Positions 1 to 16,186 of a stretch of 64,000 nucleotides of DNA are shown piece by piece. Every line of letters begins with the position of its first letter. Within the stretch, counting starts at the first letter, position 1. Position numbers and translations under genes: made by a program. Origin of the DNA: Octopus vulgaris (lineage: Eukaryota). The stretch lies in assembly GCA_951406725.2 (NCBI GenBank), contig OX597824.1, positions 91,636,001-91,700,000 of the forward strand, in the 5' to 3' direction. A model generated the notes under the pieces. The model worked only from the letters and a program-made list of their open reading frames with translations. It had not been told where the DNA came from and did not search any database.

Positions 1-145
1 ACAAACTGCAGCACATATCTCTATAAAGATAGTTTTTGCAAACAATACTTATACATACATGCATCTTTACATATTTACATACTCATACCTGCACATACAT
101 ATGAACAGAAAAATGTACATGTATACATATATATATATGCATGTA

Positions 146-230
<85 letters not shown>

Positions 231-354
231 CTAGATACACTACACATACATTTATAAATATATATATATATTTAAATATATATACATATATATATACATA
301 TATATATATATACATATACATTTATACATATATATACATATACATACATATATA

Positions 355-410
<56 letters not shown>

Positions 411-1159
411 TATGTATGTATATATATATAGTTATCTATTTCAAGTATTTCATTATATAACGTCGCAAAGAAAGTTTTCGAAGAAAGAAAGAATAAAATA
501 GGAATCGCCATCTTGCCTCAAGAACCAAGATTAATGCTTCTAATTTATTTGAAACAAATAAATGTCATTCATTTTGGCAAAAAAACGTTGCTGAAAATGC
601 AGAGATTCTGTCTTGGAGGGAATTTTCTTAGGAAAGTTTTGAACGGATGGAGCTGTAAAATTTGGTTTAAATCAACTCGACTCAATTATCAATAAATTTG
701 ATTTATAACCTCTCACACATGTATACATATATACATACACACACACACATACATACCTGCATACATACATACATACATACGTACATATATACATACATAC
801 ATACATACATACATACATACATACATACATACATACATACAAAGGTATATATATATATATATAAACATATATATATAAATATATAGACATACATACATAT
901 GTATATGTATATGTACATATTCATATATGGCTGTGCGTGGGCATATATATGTGTATATATATGTGCACACATCATGCATATATGTTTTTTTATACATATT
1001 CATGTATACGTACATATATACATTTATATATGCATACGCAAAAATATTCACTCAGATATGCATATATAGGAATGCATGTGTGTGTGTATATATATATATA
1101 CATACACACTTAATTTATATATATCATATATATACATATATACATACACATACTCACTT

Positions 1160-1209
<50 letters not shown>

Positions 1210-1229
1210 TGTTTTATTCATTTACTTTT

Positions 1230-1435
1230 TAACGTGTTTCTGTCAATTTACTGTGACCATGCTGGACTACCGCCTATTATTCAAAGAAAACGATCCCTGG
1301 ACTTATTCTTGGTAAGTCTGGTGCTTATTCAATCGATGTCCTCTGCCGAACCACTAAGTTACGAGTACCTAAACACACCAACATCTGTTGTCAAGTGATG
1401 GTGGCGGGAGGACAAACACAGATATAGGCACACAC
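1230..1435 (-). mobile_element. SINE family A, 3' half (degenerate)
   Basis: Reverse complement matches the 3' half of the full copy at 32058-32537 (gaccatgctgg..accgcc..acttattc..gccgaacc.ctaagttacg). Confidence 0.75.
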
Positions 1436-1436
1436 G

Positions 1437-2339
<903 letters not shown>

Positions 2340-2353
2340 TGTGTGTGTTTATA

Positions 2354-2845
2354 CAGAGTATAGTAAATAAATTGTCTAAATTTCGCAAAAATGAAAGTAA
2401 CACTGATATCTCATTTTAACAGATACATTTACCAAAATTACATAAAAATATCTTGAAATACTAAAGAATATATTTATTCACTAAATTCGCCATTGGCTTC
2501 AACCACGGCCTCCAGACGATTTCGGAATCTCTTGCAGCTCTTCTGGACAGTCTCCTTGTTTAAATTGGTGAATGCTGCAATAATCCTTGTCTTCAGTTCA
2601 TCTTTGCTGTTACAAGGAGTTTTGTTGGTCTTTCGCTCAACTACACCCCCACACATAATAATCAAGGGGGTTGCAGTCTATGGAGTTAGGTAACCAGATT
2701 TTAGGGTTGATGTGACCCCAGAAATTGTCTCACAGACACGACTGGCTTCTCCTGCTTGTGCGGCATGACACAGCATCCTGTTCCAGACCTAGGATCTTCC
2801 AGCAGCCACCCTCTTGACCCAGAACCGCACTACCTCTTCCAGGCA
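2354..2845 (-). mobile_element. Tc1/mariner DD37D (maT-like) transposase C-terminal relic with right end
   Basis: Minus-strand translation, with frameshifts and stops: QDAVSCRTSRRSQ..DNF.GHINPKIWLPNSIDCNPLDYYVWGVVER..PCNSKDELKTRI..RLEAVVEANG. Spacing from QD to NPLD is about 37 aa. The element ends at TA-CAG (2352-2356). Confidence 0.85.
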
Positions 2846-3177
2846 TAATAATACTACCTTCACATAATCCAGCAAAGATCTTCTTATCAGTTGTACATTC
2901 CTTTAGGGTCGTGTGCGCATGTGGGTGAGTTTGTGTGTTTAAACGTCTCTCAACATGACGTGAGGGTTATGAATAAGCGCCACTGGCATACTAGTAGTCT
3001 GGTTCTTTTCAATTATTCTGTGTAAATGATGTCTGTGCACAAGGAAAAAATCACGTTGCTTGGAAACAGGTGAAGGTTAGCAACAGCAAAAGCGTCAAAA
3101 AATTCCAGCGGACTCTTGTAAGTATAGAAACGTGGACGTTATAAATACATACATACACACACGCATGCATACATACA

Positions 3178-3210
<33 letters not shown>

Positions 3211-3294
3211 GAGTGTGTATGTCACTGTGTACATATATTTATGTATATACATGTATATATATGTACGTGTATATGTATATTTACGTATATGTAA

Positions 3295-3342
<48 letters not shown>

Positions 3343-3649
3343 ACAAATACACACAGGAACACATACAGATACATATATATATATATATATACGTACATAT
3401 ACGTATGTACACGCACACATACATATATATAGATACACATATATGTACACACACACACATTCACCCCCACATACTTTTGTATGTCTCTGTACACAGTTAA
3501 ACGTCTGTGTCAGCTGATAACTGAGAAGTCTGTTAAATATTGACATTTAATTAAATTCCAACACTGTTTGTTTCCGATTGATGTCATCTACTTCTCGTCA
3601 AGTGAATCTATTTCGTGGCTGCTCTTTCGCTTGGTGTTGACGCCGAAGC

Positions 3650-3791
3650 TGATGATGCTGATGGTGATGATGATGATGGTCATAATGATGATAATGATTA
3701 TGATGATGATGATGATGATGATGATGGTGATGGTAGTGGCTGTGGTGATGGTGATGATGATGGTGATACGGCATTGGTAGGTTGAATATGG

Positions 3792-3832
<41 letters not shown>

Positions 3833-4199
3833 GTGGTGGCGTCGACGTTAGCGAAAAGTCTTTAATATACTTTTTCATGAAATGAAGACGGAAAAGTAAA
3901 ATATTGATCAAGATAATGCTGATGAATGCAGCGATGGTGACGATGATGATGATGATGATGATGATGATGGTGGTGATGGTGATGATGATGATGGTGATGA
4001 TGATGATGATGATGATGAGTGCGACGACAACGACAATGATAACGATGACGATGACGATGATGATGATAATGACGATGGTGATGATGGTGACGATAATGGC
4101 GATAATAATGATGACGATGATGAAGACAATAATGATAATGACGATAAAGACGACGACGATGATGATGATGAGGAGAAAGATGACGACGACGACGACGAC

Positions 4200-4231
<32 letters not shown>

Positions 4232-4290
4232 CGATGATGGTGATAATGATGACGATGACAATGATGATGATGATGTTCATGGTGATGTTT
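3650..4290. repeat. Degenerate (GAT/GAC)n trinucleotide microsatellite
   Basis: Directly visible; source of poly-M/H/I/S pseudo-ORFs. Confidence 0.95.
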
Positions 4291-5439
4291 ATGGAAATCA
4301 TGGCGGTAACCAACAATTGTTTTGTGAGTGGATTTGTTAGACGGAACCTGCGAGGAAGCCTGACGTTTACACACACACGCACACATATACACATACACGC
4401 ACGAACGCACACATCTTTAGATTTGTGCGTGTGACTGTGTGTCTGTGTTTATCTCCCACTGCGACTTGACGACCGGTACCAGTGAGTTTACGTACACGTA
4501 ACCTAGCGGTACGGTAAAAGACACCGACAGAATATATACCAGGTTTAAAAAATAAAAGGTACTGGGTCGATTCATTCGACTAAAATTCTTCACGGTAGTA
4601 GTGCCCCAGCATGGTCGTAGTTCACTGACTGAAACAAGTAAAAGAATAATACAATAAAACAATATACATATGAGTGCTTGTGTGTGTGTATATATATGTG
4701 CACATGTGCGTGTCTGTGTGTGTATGTGTGTGTGTATCTGTGTCAGTGTGTCGATCTACACCACTTGACAACTGCTGTTGATTTGTTTGCCAGCCCCAAA
4801 CTTAGCGTAACAGTTCGGCAAGAGGAGTTCGACAAAATTAACCTCGTGACCTAAAAAGAACAAACAATAAAAACAGACAATATAAGTACGGGGATGGAGA
4901 ATATTTGATCGCCTTTTCGGCGGTGCCCCAAACTGCCCGCAAGCCATTTACTTGTCACACGTACCTCCTTCTCCCACCACCAAATGTTATATCAACAGTC
5001 TTCATAATACGACTTGCCTGATGAGACAAGAAAATAATGATGTTTTATTTGGTTTGATCTTGTGACTATAATTTATTGATTTATTTACGTTTAAATTTGT
5101 GGACTGTGTTTAATCTATCACATTATGTTTATGTTTTATTGATATTAAACACTGTTTTATTAAAAAAAATATTAATGGTGTTTATTTCTTGTCTTAGGAA
5201 TCTGATTATTTTTAGAAATGTTTATATTTACAATACTGATTAAGATGTATATTTTATCCTTGTTTAACATAAATAGGAAGATAATACTCTCTCACATTGT
5301 AAAGAACTGTGTGTGTATACATACATGTATGTATATATATATATATGCGAATTTTCATAATATATTCACTATGTACGTCCAATTGACCTTTATTGCTTTT
5401 TCCCGTTCTCTATTTGGGTCCTGGATTTGCATAGATATG

Positions 5440-5604
5440 TAGGAGCAGGCGTAGCTGTGGTTTGAGAAGCTTGCTTCCCAACCACATGGCTCTGAGTTCA
5501 GTCCCACTGCATGGCACCCTGGGAAAGTGTCTTCTACTATAGCCTCGGGCCGACCAAAGCTTTGTGAGTAGATTTGGTCGGAGGAAACTGAAAGAAGCCC
5601 GTCG

Positions 5605-5605
<1 letters not shown>
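5440..5605 (+). mobile_element. SINE family A, tRNA-derived head
   Basis: Degenerate A and B boxes (tagctgtggt; gagttcagtccc), then tggcaccctgggaaagtgtcttctactatagcctcgggccgacc, as in the 32058 copy. Confidence 0.85.
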
Positions 5606-5661
<56 letters not shown>

Positions 5662-5794
5662 GTATGTATATACAACATTTAGAGGATTGATCACTAAAAG
5701 TGGACAGTTGTATGGAAAAAAATTTTAATCTTCGGATTTTTAAAAATATACTAGACCACTGGTTTTATTTGATTAATATCAATTTCTAACCTTA

Positions 5795-5856
<62 letters not shown>

Positions 5857-6149
5857 CATATATATATATGTGTATATATATACATATATGTTTTATGCAT
5901 ATGCAAAAGATAAAAGCCAAAGAATTAGTCTGTGTGCTTCATGTTGGTGTATTTATAAGGATTCATTATGGATCCTTATAACCGAAATAGACACACAAAC
6001 ACATGTATTGAGATATAAACTTACATACATGCATACACACACACACACACACATACACATACACACACATATATATATATATACGTCAATATGCGAACGA
6101 GCATATTCTTTATACGAGAAATAATCCAATTAACCATTCATTAATGTTA

Positions 6150-7050
<901 letters not shown>

Positions 7051-7471
7051 GAAGAATGATTCTCTAATATGTCTAAATTCCTTATTCTGGGTACGTGTAG
7101 AATTACAATATCTTCAAGTTATTATTCATCGACGTGGTTTACATTTACAACTTTGGTCACGTACATCTGAATATCATGTTTATGACAGCAATAATTTATA
7201 TTACAATGCCTATTGATAATATGGACAATATGTGAAGGGAATTATTTTCTATCTTTCATCTTTTACTTGCTTCAGTCATTAGACTGCGACCGAGCTGGGG
7301 CACCGTCATGAAAAATTTTTAGTCGAAGGGATAAAGCCCAGTACTTGTTTTGTTTTTAAGTTTGGTACTTATTCTGTCGGTCTCTTTTGCTGGACCGCTA
7401 CGTCAAGTGGATGTAAACGCACCAACCAGGATTCTCAGGCGGTGGGGTACATACACAAACACCTTCACACC

Positions 7472-7527
<56 letters not shown>

Positions 7528-7721
7528 CACACATATATATATATATATATACCATAGATGAACGCATAATGCAATCGAATAAACCGGATGCAACTAGATG
7601 CCAGATTCTAGGATATCTATGCAGTAGAAACACGTGTCGGAGTGAGAGTTAAAATGCATGTATATAATACTGTAATAAACCAGCTTTGTAGCTGTGAAAT
7701 TCTCCATTCTTATTTTAACGT

Positions 7722-7755
<34 letters not shown>

Positions 7756-7758
<3 letters not shown>

Positions 7759-8110
7759 GAGCGAAACGCACCCCGTCCATTGGACGGTACTGAGTTGTCA
7801 AATATTTAAACCAAATTTTCTCAAAATAAATTGTCCGACCGTCCCTTAGGCCTCCCCTTTGAGAAACACTGATATAACCTAAATTTGAGACACCAGCAAA
7901 AGACGGATTTCGACTGATGAACTTGCGCGTACAAATACACGTCCCCACGGTTTTATCGATCGTATTCTCACCTGGAATCGATTTTTGTAATTTTTTCAAT
8001 ACTTATACAAGCTCCGATACCGTCGGTATCCACATATCAAATTTGAGCGCAATCGAATCCCCGATATCCTAGAAGACACACAGACAGACAGAACGGATTT
8101 TATATAATAT
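7756..8110 (-). mobile_element. Non-autonomous Helitron-like element
   Basis: On the minus strand it starts tatataaaatccgttctgtctgtctg. It ends with hairpin ccgtcc-aat-ggacgg about 10 nt before CTCG|T (degenerate CTRR). Internal aaatttgagcgcaatcg resembles Helitron/HINE motifs. Inserted in (TA)n. Confidence 0.6.
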
Positions 8111-8114
8111 ATAC

Positions 8115-8190
<76 letters not shown>

Positions 8191-8894
8191 TCACAATGAG
8201 GATATTTCGACCTCTTATAGGGATATTTTTTATCCAAAAATACACTGCATTTTGAAGAGATATTTCTTCAATGAATATATTATATAAAATATCGTAAAAT
8301 ATAAAATATTATTATCAAGTGTGAAAAAGAGAGATCTAAGGGATATAAATTAATTAATTAATTAATTAACATATTTACCCATAATTGTTTCATTTCAGAA
8401 ACAAAACTAAAACTACAAAACATATATAGATATATTATTTTTGCATTTTAAGATACCCTGGATGGAGAATTATCCGGGTGCACAAAGAACAATATGTATG
8501 TATATTTATGTTTGCTTTCCTTCAACAAAGTCCAGCGGGTTGAAACTTGGAGATCACTTTTATCCCTCTTCGCGTAAAATATTTTAGATATGTGTGTGTG
8601 TGAGTGTGGGGGAGGGTACGTGTGTGTGTATGCGTATGCATGTATGTGTGTGTAAGTAGAACACTCAACACACACTAAAATGGAACCAGAGGAGAAATGA
8701 AACAAGCGCTGGAATTGGAGATGAAAAGAACCAGATGAAAGACAGAGTTTGAGAAAAAATTATCCCGAAAAACAAAAATGAAAGAAAAGAGAGGGGAGTT
8801 CGAGGTTGTGGGGGGTGGGAGGTAAAAAAATGGAAAGCATCAAAGAGAAGAAATTGTCAAAGAAGGATGAGGCGGGGTGGGTGGGGTGGAGATG

Positions 8895-8911
8895 CAGTAG
8901 TAGTCGTAGTA

Positions 8912-8975
<64 letters not shown>

Positions 8976-9470
8976 CAGTGGTAGTAGTAGTAGTTGTAGT
9001 AGTAGTTGTAGTAGAAGAAGAAGATGAGGAAGAAGGAGAAGAAGAAGATGAATAATAGTGATAATAATAATAATAAGATGATGAAAAAGAAGAAGAAGGA
9101 GAAGAAGAAGAAGAAGAAGAAGAAGAAAAGGAGGAGAAGAAGAAGAAGAAGAAGAAGAAGAAGAAGAAGAAGAAGATGAAGAAGATGAAGAAGGAGAAGA
9201 AAAAGGAGAAGAAGAAGAAGAAGAAGAAGAAGAAGAAGAAGAATAAGATGAAGAAGAAGATGAAAAAGAAGAAAAAAGGAGAAGAAGAAGAAAAAGAAGA
9301 AGAAGAAGAAGAAGAAGAAAAAGAAGAAGAAAAAGAAGGGGAAGAAGAAGGGGAAGAAGAAGGAGAAGTAAAAAGAAAAAGAAGAAGAAGAAGAAGAAGA
9401 AGAAGAAGAAGAAGAAGAAGAAGAAGAAGAAGAAGAAGAAGAGTAAGAAGAAAAAGTGGAAGAAGAAGAG
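8895..9470. repeat. (AGT)n followed by (GAA)n microsatellites
   Basis: Directly visible. Confidence 0.95.
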
Positions 9471-9734
9471 TATGGCAGGTGAAGGTTATGGAGAGTTTAT
9501 GCATACTTTGAACTTGCAAAATTTAAAATTATGGCGAAGATACATTAAAGGAAAGAATGCATTAAAAATGCTTTAAAATTCTTTATGGGGAAGCAATTGG
9601 AGAGATGCGGAGAACCAAATAAACAAAACATAGAATGGAAGGAGGGGGGATGTGAGGATACGACGATTATTATTATGTATAATTCCAAGTTTTTAACCAG
9701 TTCTTTATTCTTTCAAAATGGGTCCTCTCTCATA

Positions 9735-9801
<67 letters not shown>

Positions 9802-9923
9802 ATATAAGGATCAAACAGTTCGATTCAAATTCCTTGTTACTTTAAGTTTCAAGCGTGTCGTATATATATATATATGTGTGTGTCTCTGTGTGTGTTTGTG
9901 GATGTATATATATTACACACCTG

Positions 9924-10006
<83 letters not shown>

Positions 10007-10636
10007 CTCTATATATATATATATATACATACATACATACACACATACACTTATATATCTATATATATATATGCATGCACATATATATATGTATATATAT
10101 ATACGCATATATATAAATATAAATATACATATAAATATAAATATATATATATATATGCATACATATATATGATATATATATGCACACACGCATGCATATA
10201 CATAATGTATATTATTTAATGCATGTACTTTGCCATTCCTTTATTTTGTGGAAAACTTTGCACGTTCAAAGTATACACACCAAGACCTCAGTCATAACCA
10301 ACAACCGTCCATTACTGCGAATAAAAGTGAGTTGTATAAGATTTCACAATAAGAGTTTTATACAAATAATAAATAAAGAAAAAAAATAAAACGGGAAAGG
10401 AATAAAAATCGCATGTTTTTGATAAGTTCTCGTATGAAAAAAAAAAAATTCTGATTAATTTTTAGTGCATATTGTACACAAAAAGCTTTTGCACTCGAAG
10501 AAAAATTGTGTTTTATTAAGAAAAATAACTCGGAATCGAACGCGTGCTTCTCTCGTTCTCTTCTGTCTGTGTGTGTATGTATGTGTGCATGTATGTAGGT
10601 TAGTATACAAACACATATGTGGGTGTTTGTATATAT

Positions 10637-10740
10637 AGATGAAATTTACGGGGAAAACAAGACGAAGACAGGTGTATTAGCTTAACGCTCGGGAAGGTGA
10701 GAAAATCTTTTACGTTTCGAGCCTACGCTCTTCAACAAAT
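10637..10740 (-). mobile_element. Hammerhead-bearing short element (family HA), truncated
   Basis: Minus strand reads ttgttgaagagcgtaggctcgaaacgtaaaag, plus the family tail (tacacctgtcttcgtcttg). Confidence 0.75.
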
Positions 10741-11099
10741 GGTATAGTAGTTAAGGGCGCTGGCTACTAAATCCAAGATTTCGAGCTCGATTCCAAGCAG
10801 TGACCTGAGTAATGATAACTTTGGAGTACCTTTTAGCCAGGAGTACCGGTTGGCCAGAATTGTATGTTGCCATGTTTTGATCTGCCTTCTTTCATTTTTC
10901 TCTTCTTTATTGTTCTGCTCTTCTTCGTCTTCCTTCGAACTGTTTTTTTTTTACTTTGTTTGGACTTTTGTTGTTGTTTTTAACTGTTTTCCTGAACTTT
11001 TTCTTCAAAGCATGGCGAAGAAATTGAACACTGCGTTGGAGTGGGAAATCCTCCCACCCAAGCAATGGCTAAAAACCTTAGAGGAAAGAACGGTGGTGC

Positions 11100-11345
11100 T
11101 CAGCTGTCCCTGTTTCGTCTACTCCACGTTACGCGGAATAGACAAAACAGGGACAACTGAATAAGGGGGATATTCCTTGTGTTGTATGTCTCGTACGTTG
11201 TCTTTTCGTTATTTGAAAAAAAAGTCCGTTTCCATGGTTTTGTTTTTTGTGTTTTCGTTTCTCATTGTGTTCAACGTTTTTTTTGGTGTCCTGTACACAT
11301 ATATGCATGTATATATACATTTAGATGTAGGTTTGTACATATATG
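11100..11345 (+). mobile_element. Fold-back element arm with a 25-bp hairpin (family C-like)
   Basis: cagctgtccctgtttcgtctactcc pairs with ggaatagacaaaacagggacaactg. The arm is homologous to the inverted repeat at 61890-62140. Confidence 0.65.
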
Positions 11346-11419
<74 letters not shown>

Positions 11420-11421
<2 letters not shown>

Positions 11422-11990
11422 TTTTCTGTGTCCCTGTCATTTTTCTCGCCCCTCCTTAATTCTTCTACCCCTCTGCCTCTACCTCTCTCTCTTCTCTTCC
11501 CACGTGACTGGCGTTCGGCCAAGCCTGATCTTTCTTTCTTGGTCTGGCCGTTGTTCGTGCAACATCGATATTACTCCATGTCCCTGTGAAATGTTGTATC
11601 CCTGCCGTAAGGCTTTACTTCCATACACGCCAGCTTAATTTAATTCGCCCTTAGTCGAAAGACACCTGTTGTAATTTCCTGTTATTATTTTTATTGTATT
11701 TGTGTAACATTGTCCGTTTTTTCGTCCTTGTTTTTGTATACATTCGCTTCTTTCTTCAAAGGAATCTAATTCTCTTAGCTTATTTTTTCCTTGGGGCTGG
11801 CCAGATTGAAGCAATCTCGAGTATAATCTGCCGAAATTGCGAAGATAATATGGTACTCGACTGAGGAAAAAAAACTCCGAATGACCTGTCGTTGTTTTCT
11901 TTGTATCGTCTATCTGGATGTTCTGTTGTCTCATTTTTGTATCACCTGTCCGGGTGTTTTGCGTTCATGTCCCATTTTGTATTTTCTATA
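11420..11990 (+). mobile_element. Dispersed TA-flanked repeat family B (other copies 19930-20180 +, 33370-33850 -, 40383-40780 -)
   Basis: Shared blocks: cacgtgac, agtcgaaagacacctgttg, ttccttggggctggccagatt, and an invariant gaCTGA(G/A/T)GA. Copies end gtccc...gt before a TA/CA microsatellite. Confidence 0.75.
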
Positions 11991-12004
11991 TATATACAGA
12001 CAAA

Positions 12005-12175
12005 GGAACTAAGTCGATTACATCGACCTCAGTGCATAACTGGTACTTATTTAATCGACCCCGAAAGGATGAAAAGTAAAGTCAACCGCGGCGGAATTTG
12101 AACTCAGGACGTAACGGCAAACGAAATACCGCTAAGCATTTCGGCCGGCGTGCTAATGATTCTGCCAGCTCGCCG

Positions 12176-12177
<2 letters not shown>
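12005..12177 (-). mobile_element. SINE family B copy
   Basis: Reverse complement of ggcggcgagctggcagaa...gagttcaaattccgccg.ggt.gacttt.ctttcatcctttcggggtcgat. Confidence 0.85.
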
Positions 12178-12217
<40 letters not shown>

Positions 12218-12743
12218 ATATGCGCGCAAATACAAACACATATATTCATATGTATACGCATGTATATACATGTGTATGTATATATGATTATACACACACA
12301 CACACACACATAGACATGTACATACTATACATACGCATATGCAGATATATCTAAATCATATATATGTATGTCTATGGATATCCTTATATATATATTTCTA
12401 CATGTATCTATACACGCATGCTTCTCTCGTTCTCTTCTCTGTGTGTGTGTATGTATGTGTGCATGTATGTAAATTAGTATACAAACACATATGTGGGTGT
12501 AAGTATATATAGTTGAAATTTACAGAAAAACAAGACGAAGACAGGTGTATAAAGAGCAAACAGGTGTATTAGTTTAACGCTCGGAAAGATAAGAAAATGT
12601 TTTACGTTTCGAGCCTAAACTATCCATATTTTGATGGCTAGAGACTTGAACTCAAATCCCTGTGATTACGCGTCTAATGTAATCACATTTAGCTTAACAG
12701 ATCCAACGACAAATTTTTCTAGATGTATATATATATATGCGTG

Positions 12744-12827
<84 letters not shown>

Positions 12828-12935
12828 CTGATAAATACATATATGTATATTTATCGTGGTATAAAAAGAGAGGCGCATACGCACATTCATATAAAGATCT
12901 GCATGTATTTACATATATATATATATACTGTATAC

Positions 12936-12993
<58 letters not shown>

Positions 12994-13506
12994 ATACATA
13001 TATGCATGCATGCATGATAGAAGAAAGAGCCACTGGGAGAAAATTATCCTTAGAAAGCTTGCATCGAAGTTGCATAAACTTTATTTTCCGCCTCGCTTCA
13101 CTTCAAATCTATAATGCTACACATTACGTCGAAGCCTGCAGCTAGGAGCAGAACGTGGCGATGATATTAGGTGTAGACGTGCACATCTGCATACATATAT
13201 ATACATGTTATACGCTATTATTCTTTAAGCGTGGTGCAGAAATGCGCCAGCGTATATATGCGTCTATAGTTTTATTGTCCATGTCTTGAGAGAAACTTTG
13301 GGGTCTGTTTGGCTGATTCATTAATATAGCGAGTTGTTTATGGTGTGTATTCTACACGTAGATGAACGCAGCCACTCACATACATATACGAGTACCCTAA
13401 CAAATACATACATATATACACGGACGTTTATCCAAACACACGCTTATATGCTTATATATATATAAACACATCTACAATGCGTATATTGATCTGTGTATAA
13501 TATATG

Positions 13507-13556
<50 letters not shown>

Positions 13557-13602
13557 TTCAAGCGAACTACAATACTCTCATATATATATATATATATATT
13601 GC

Positions 13603-13681
<79 letters not shown>

Positions 13682-13766
13682 AGTATGTATGTATATATAT
13701 ATGCATATATGTATATTATACATATATACGGATCGACCAATATCCGTATTATAGATATGTTTAAAC

Positions 13767-13833
<67 letters not shown>

Positions 13834-13843
13834 TATATGTGTG

Positions 13844-13928
<85 letters not shown>

Positions 13929-14339
13929 ATATATATATATGTATGTTGATATATATATTTATACATATGTGTATATATATATATGTATGTACATATCGTA
14001 TATGTATAAATGAGTGCGCTTGGATGTTCGTGTGCGTTTGTATTTGCATTGTGCATCAGAACGTAGCGTTGTTGTGTGCTGCTCCTAAGATGGTTGCGAG
14101 GGAGAATGCAGTAAATGACAGCTTTGTTTGGCTAGCTATATCAATTGCGTTTTGGTAATTACGGCTATATCTACGAATAGCTGGTGCTGATTTGACTAAA
14201 CAAGCTATACTAAGTGTTTATGTGATTATCGGCGTATCTGCTGAATTATATATCAGCTGACACAGCATATAGTTGATCGTGCAAATGCCCGCATATACAC
14301 ACATATATACACACACATACATATATACGATGCAATTTC

Positions 14340-14640
14340 TTATGTGTATTCTTTGTTTTCATTTTGAGAATGCTTTCTAAACGAATGGGTGGTTTTATTG
14401 CAAAGTAAAAAAAAAAACAAACACTGTTGCAGGAACTTGGTTAATGATATCGTTAAGTGTTACATACTGAACTTTTGAAACCTCTTGTATATTTTTACTG
14501 TTCCGTTTACAGATTGCATTCGTTAGGTGTGTATTAATCCGTCGCTCTCTTTTCACGATGATCCTAAATTTTCCGGGTTATCAGTAAGACATTTACTATG
14601 ACAAAAACAAGAGTGCTGATAAGTTTGGTATAAATAGGAT
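14340..14640 (-). mobile_element. RLE LINE 3' end, old divergent copy
   Basis: Minus translation CLTDNPENLGSS*KESDGLIHT*RMQSVNGTVKIYKRFQKFSM* is homologous to the C-terminus at 60184-60300. Confidence 0.65.
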
Positions 14641-14649
14641 CTGGTGAAG

Positions 14650-15130
14650 GTACGTGGCTTAATGGTTTGGGGTATTCGGCTTAGGATCGTATGATCGTGC
14701 GTTCGATTCCTGGCAGAGCGTTGTATCTTAGAATAAACCACTTTATTTCACGTTGCTCCAGTCTACTTAGCTGGCAAAATTGAGTAGTACCTGTAATTCA
14801 AAGGGCCAGTCTTGTTACATGTTGTTTCACATTGAATCTCCCTGAGATCTACGTTAAGGGTACGCTTGTCTGTGGAGTACTCGGTCACTTGCACGTTAAT
14901 TTCCCGATCAGGCTGTTCCATAAATCGGATCAACTGGAACCCACGTCGTCATATCTGACGGAGTCCCAGTAAATGTCAGTTTATAATAAAGCAGTAGCTT
15001 AGTGGTTAGGGTGTTCGGTTCCCGATCATAAGGTTGTGAGTTCAATTCCCGGCGACGCATTGTGTCCGTGAGCAAGACACTTTATTTCACGTCGATCCAG
15101 TCCACCCACCTGGCAAAATTGAGCAGCACC
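14650..15130 (+). mobile_element. Two tandem copies of tRNA-headed SINE family C (others 47412-47650, 48118-48350, 55376-55660, 38616-38730 -)
   Basis: A box (tggcttaatgg / tagcttagtgg) and B box (gttcgattcc / gttcaattcc), then ttgtgtc..gagcaagacactttatttcacg..ctccagt. Confidence 0.75.
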
Positions 15131-15299
15131 TATATCCCAAAGGCTCAAGATATCGGTCGGCTAGGATCAACAGAAGATACTTTGCCCAAGGTGCTACACA
15201 GCGGATCTGAACCTGAAACCATCTGTTTACAAGCTAGTTTTTTAACCACAGAGCCACGCCTTCTTTGTGTGTAATAAATATGTTATCTATATTAATGCC

Positions 15300-15430
15300 A
15301 AAAAAGCAATCGTTCTTGCGAAAAATATTGACTAAAACTTTCGCAACCTTATCAAGTTGCAATGGGAAGCAGGAATTTGATGACATCTTTGAGTAACCGA
15401 GGTTAAGTATTCCAGACAGATGAGTGACAT
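15300..15430 (-). mobile_element. Possible hAT transposase dimerisation-domain relic
   Basis: Minus translation WNT*PRLLKDVIKFLLPIAT**GCESFS resembles the hAT motif YP.L...A.K.LLPF.T.Y.CE..FS. Confidence 0.4.
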
Positions 15431-15927
15431 AATCGATATTACGGTTGCATCTTTTTACAGCCGCTTTCTTTTCGTAGATGCTGTCTGAGTGATACAGTAT
15501 GACACACAAAGACAGTTTGAACTGACATCAAACACATAGCTATGCTTGCGGCTTCTTACAAAGTCTCTTCAGAAGCCTTGTGTTATAACGGCAACCAGCC
15601 AGATGTTGCTTTATCTGTTTATAAAATTAGTTAATGATAAAATTTTGTATGAAAAATAAACCAAATTAATAACGGTCGTCTCCAAAATTGTATGTGTTTA
15701 AAGCATCCGAGCGCAGGATTTTGACGAGATGATTCACCATATATGGACAATGTTGCTGGCATGACCAGGAATTCTTACGGGTGAAATGGGGTTTCCCCGA
15801 AGGATTTCTGGAGTAATGTTACTCGACGATGTCCGTAGCGCAGAAGCAAGGGAGTCCCTCAAAGCCAAGCCACTGTTGCTTCACATATGTGTGTGTGTGT
15901 ATGTGTATGTATGTATGTATGTATGAT

Positions 15928-16106
15928 AGATCGTTAGCCACTACACACATTTTTTTCTCTCCTTGTTTTTTCTGTATCCCTTTCAGTAGAAGAGCGTAGG
16001 CTCGAAATGTAAAAGACTTTTTCTATTCCTGAGCGTTATACAAATACATCTGTTTGTTTTCTACACTACCTGTTTTGGTCTTTTGTTTTTTTTCGTAAAC
16101 TCTCCT
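15928..16106 (+). mobile_element. Hammerhead-bearing short element (family HA)
   Basis: gatcg.tagccactacac...cttt-CAGTAGA-A-GAGC-gtag-GCTC-GAAA-TG-TA-aaag (15980-16015)...ctacactacctg..ctcc-(TA)n. Confidence 0.8.
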
Positions 16107-16134
16107 TATATATATATATATACACATTGGTACA

Positions 16135-16182
<48 letters not shown>

Positions 16183-16186
<4 letters not shown>

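Noticed and set aside
10741-10825. tRNA genes here and at 31320-31393, 42065-42135, 48118-48190
   Set aside because: A/B boxes are present but the cloverleaves are broken; these are SINE heads, most continuing into repeat bodies.
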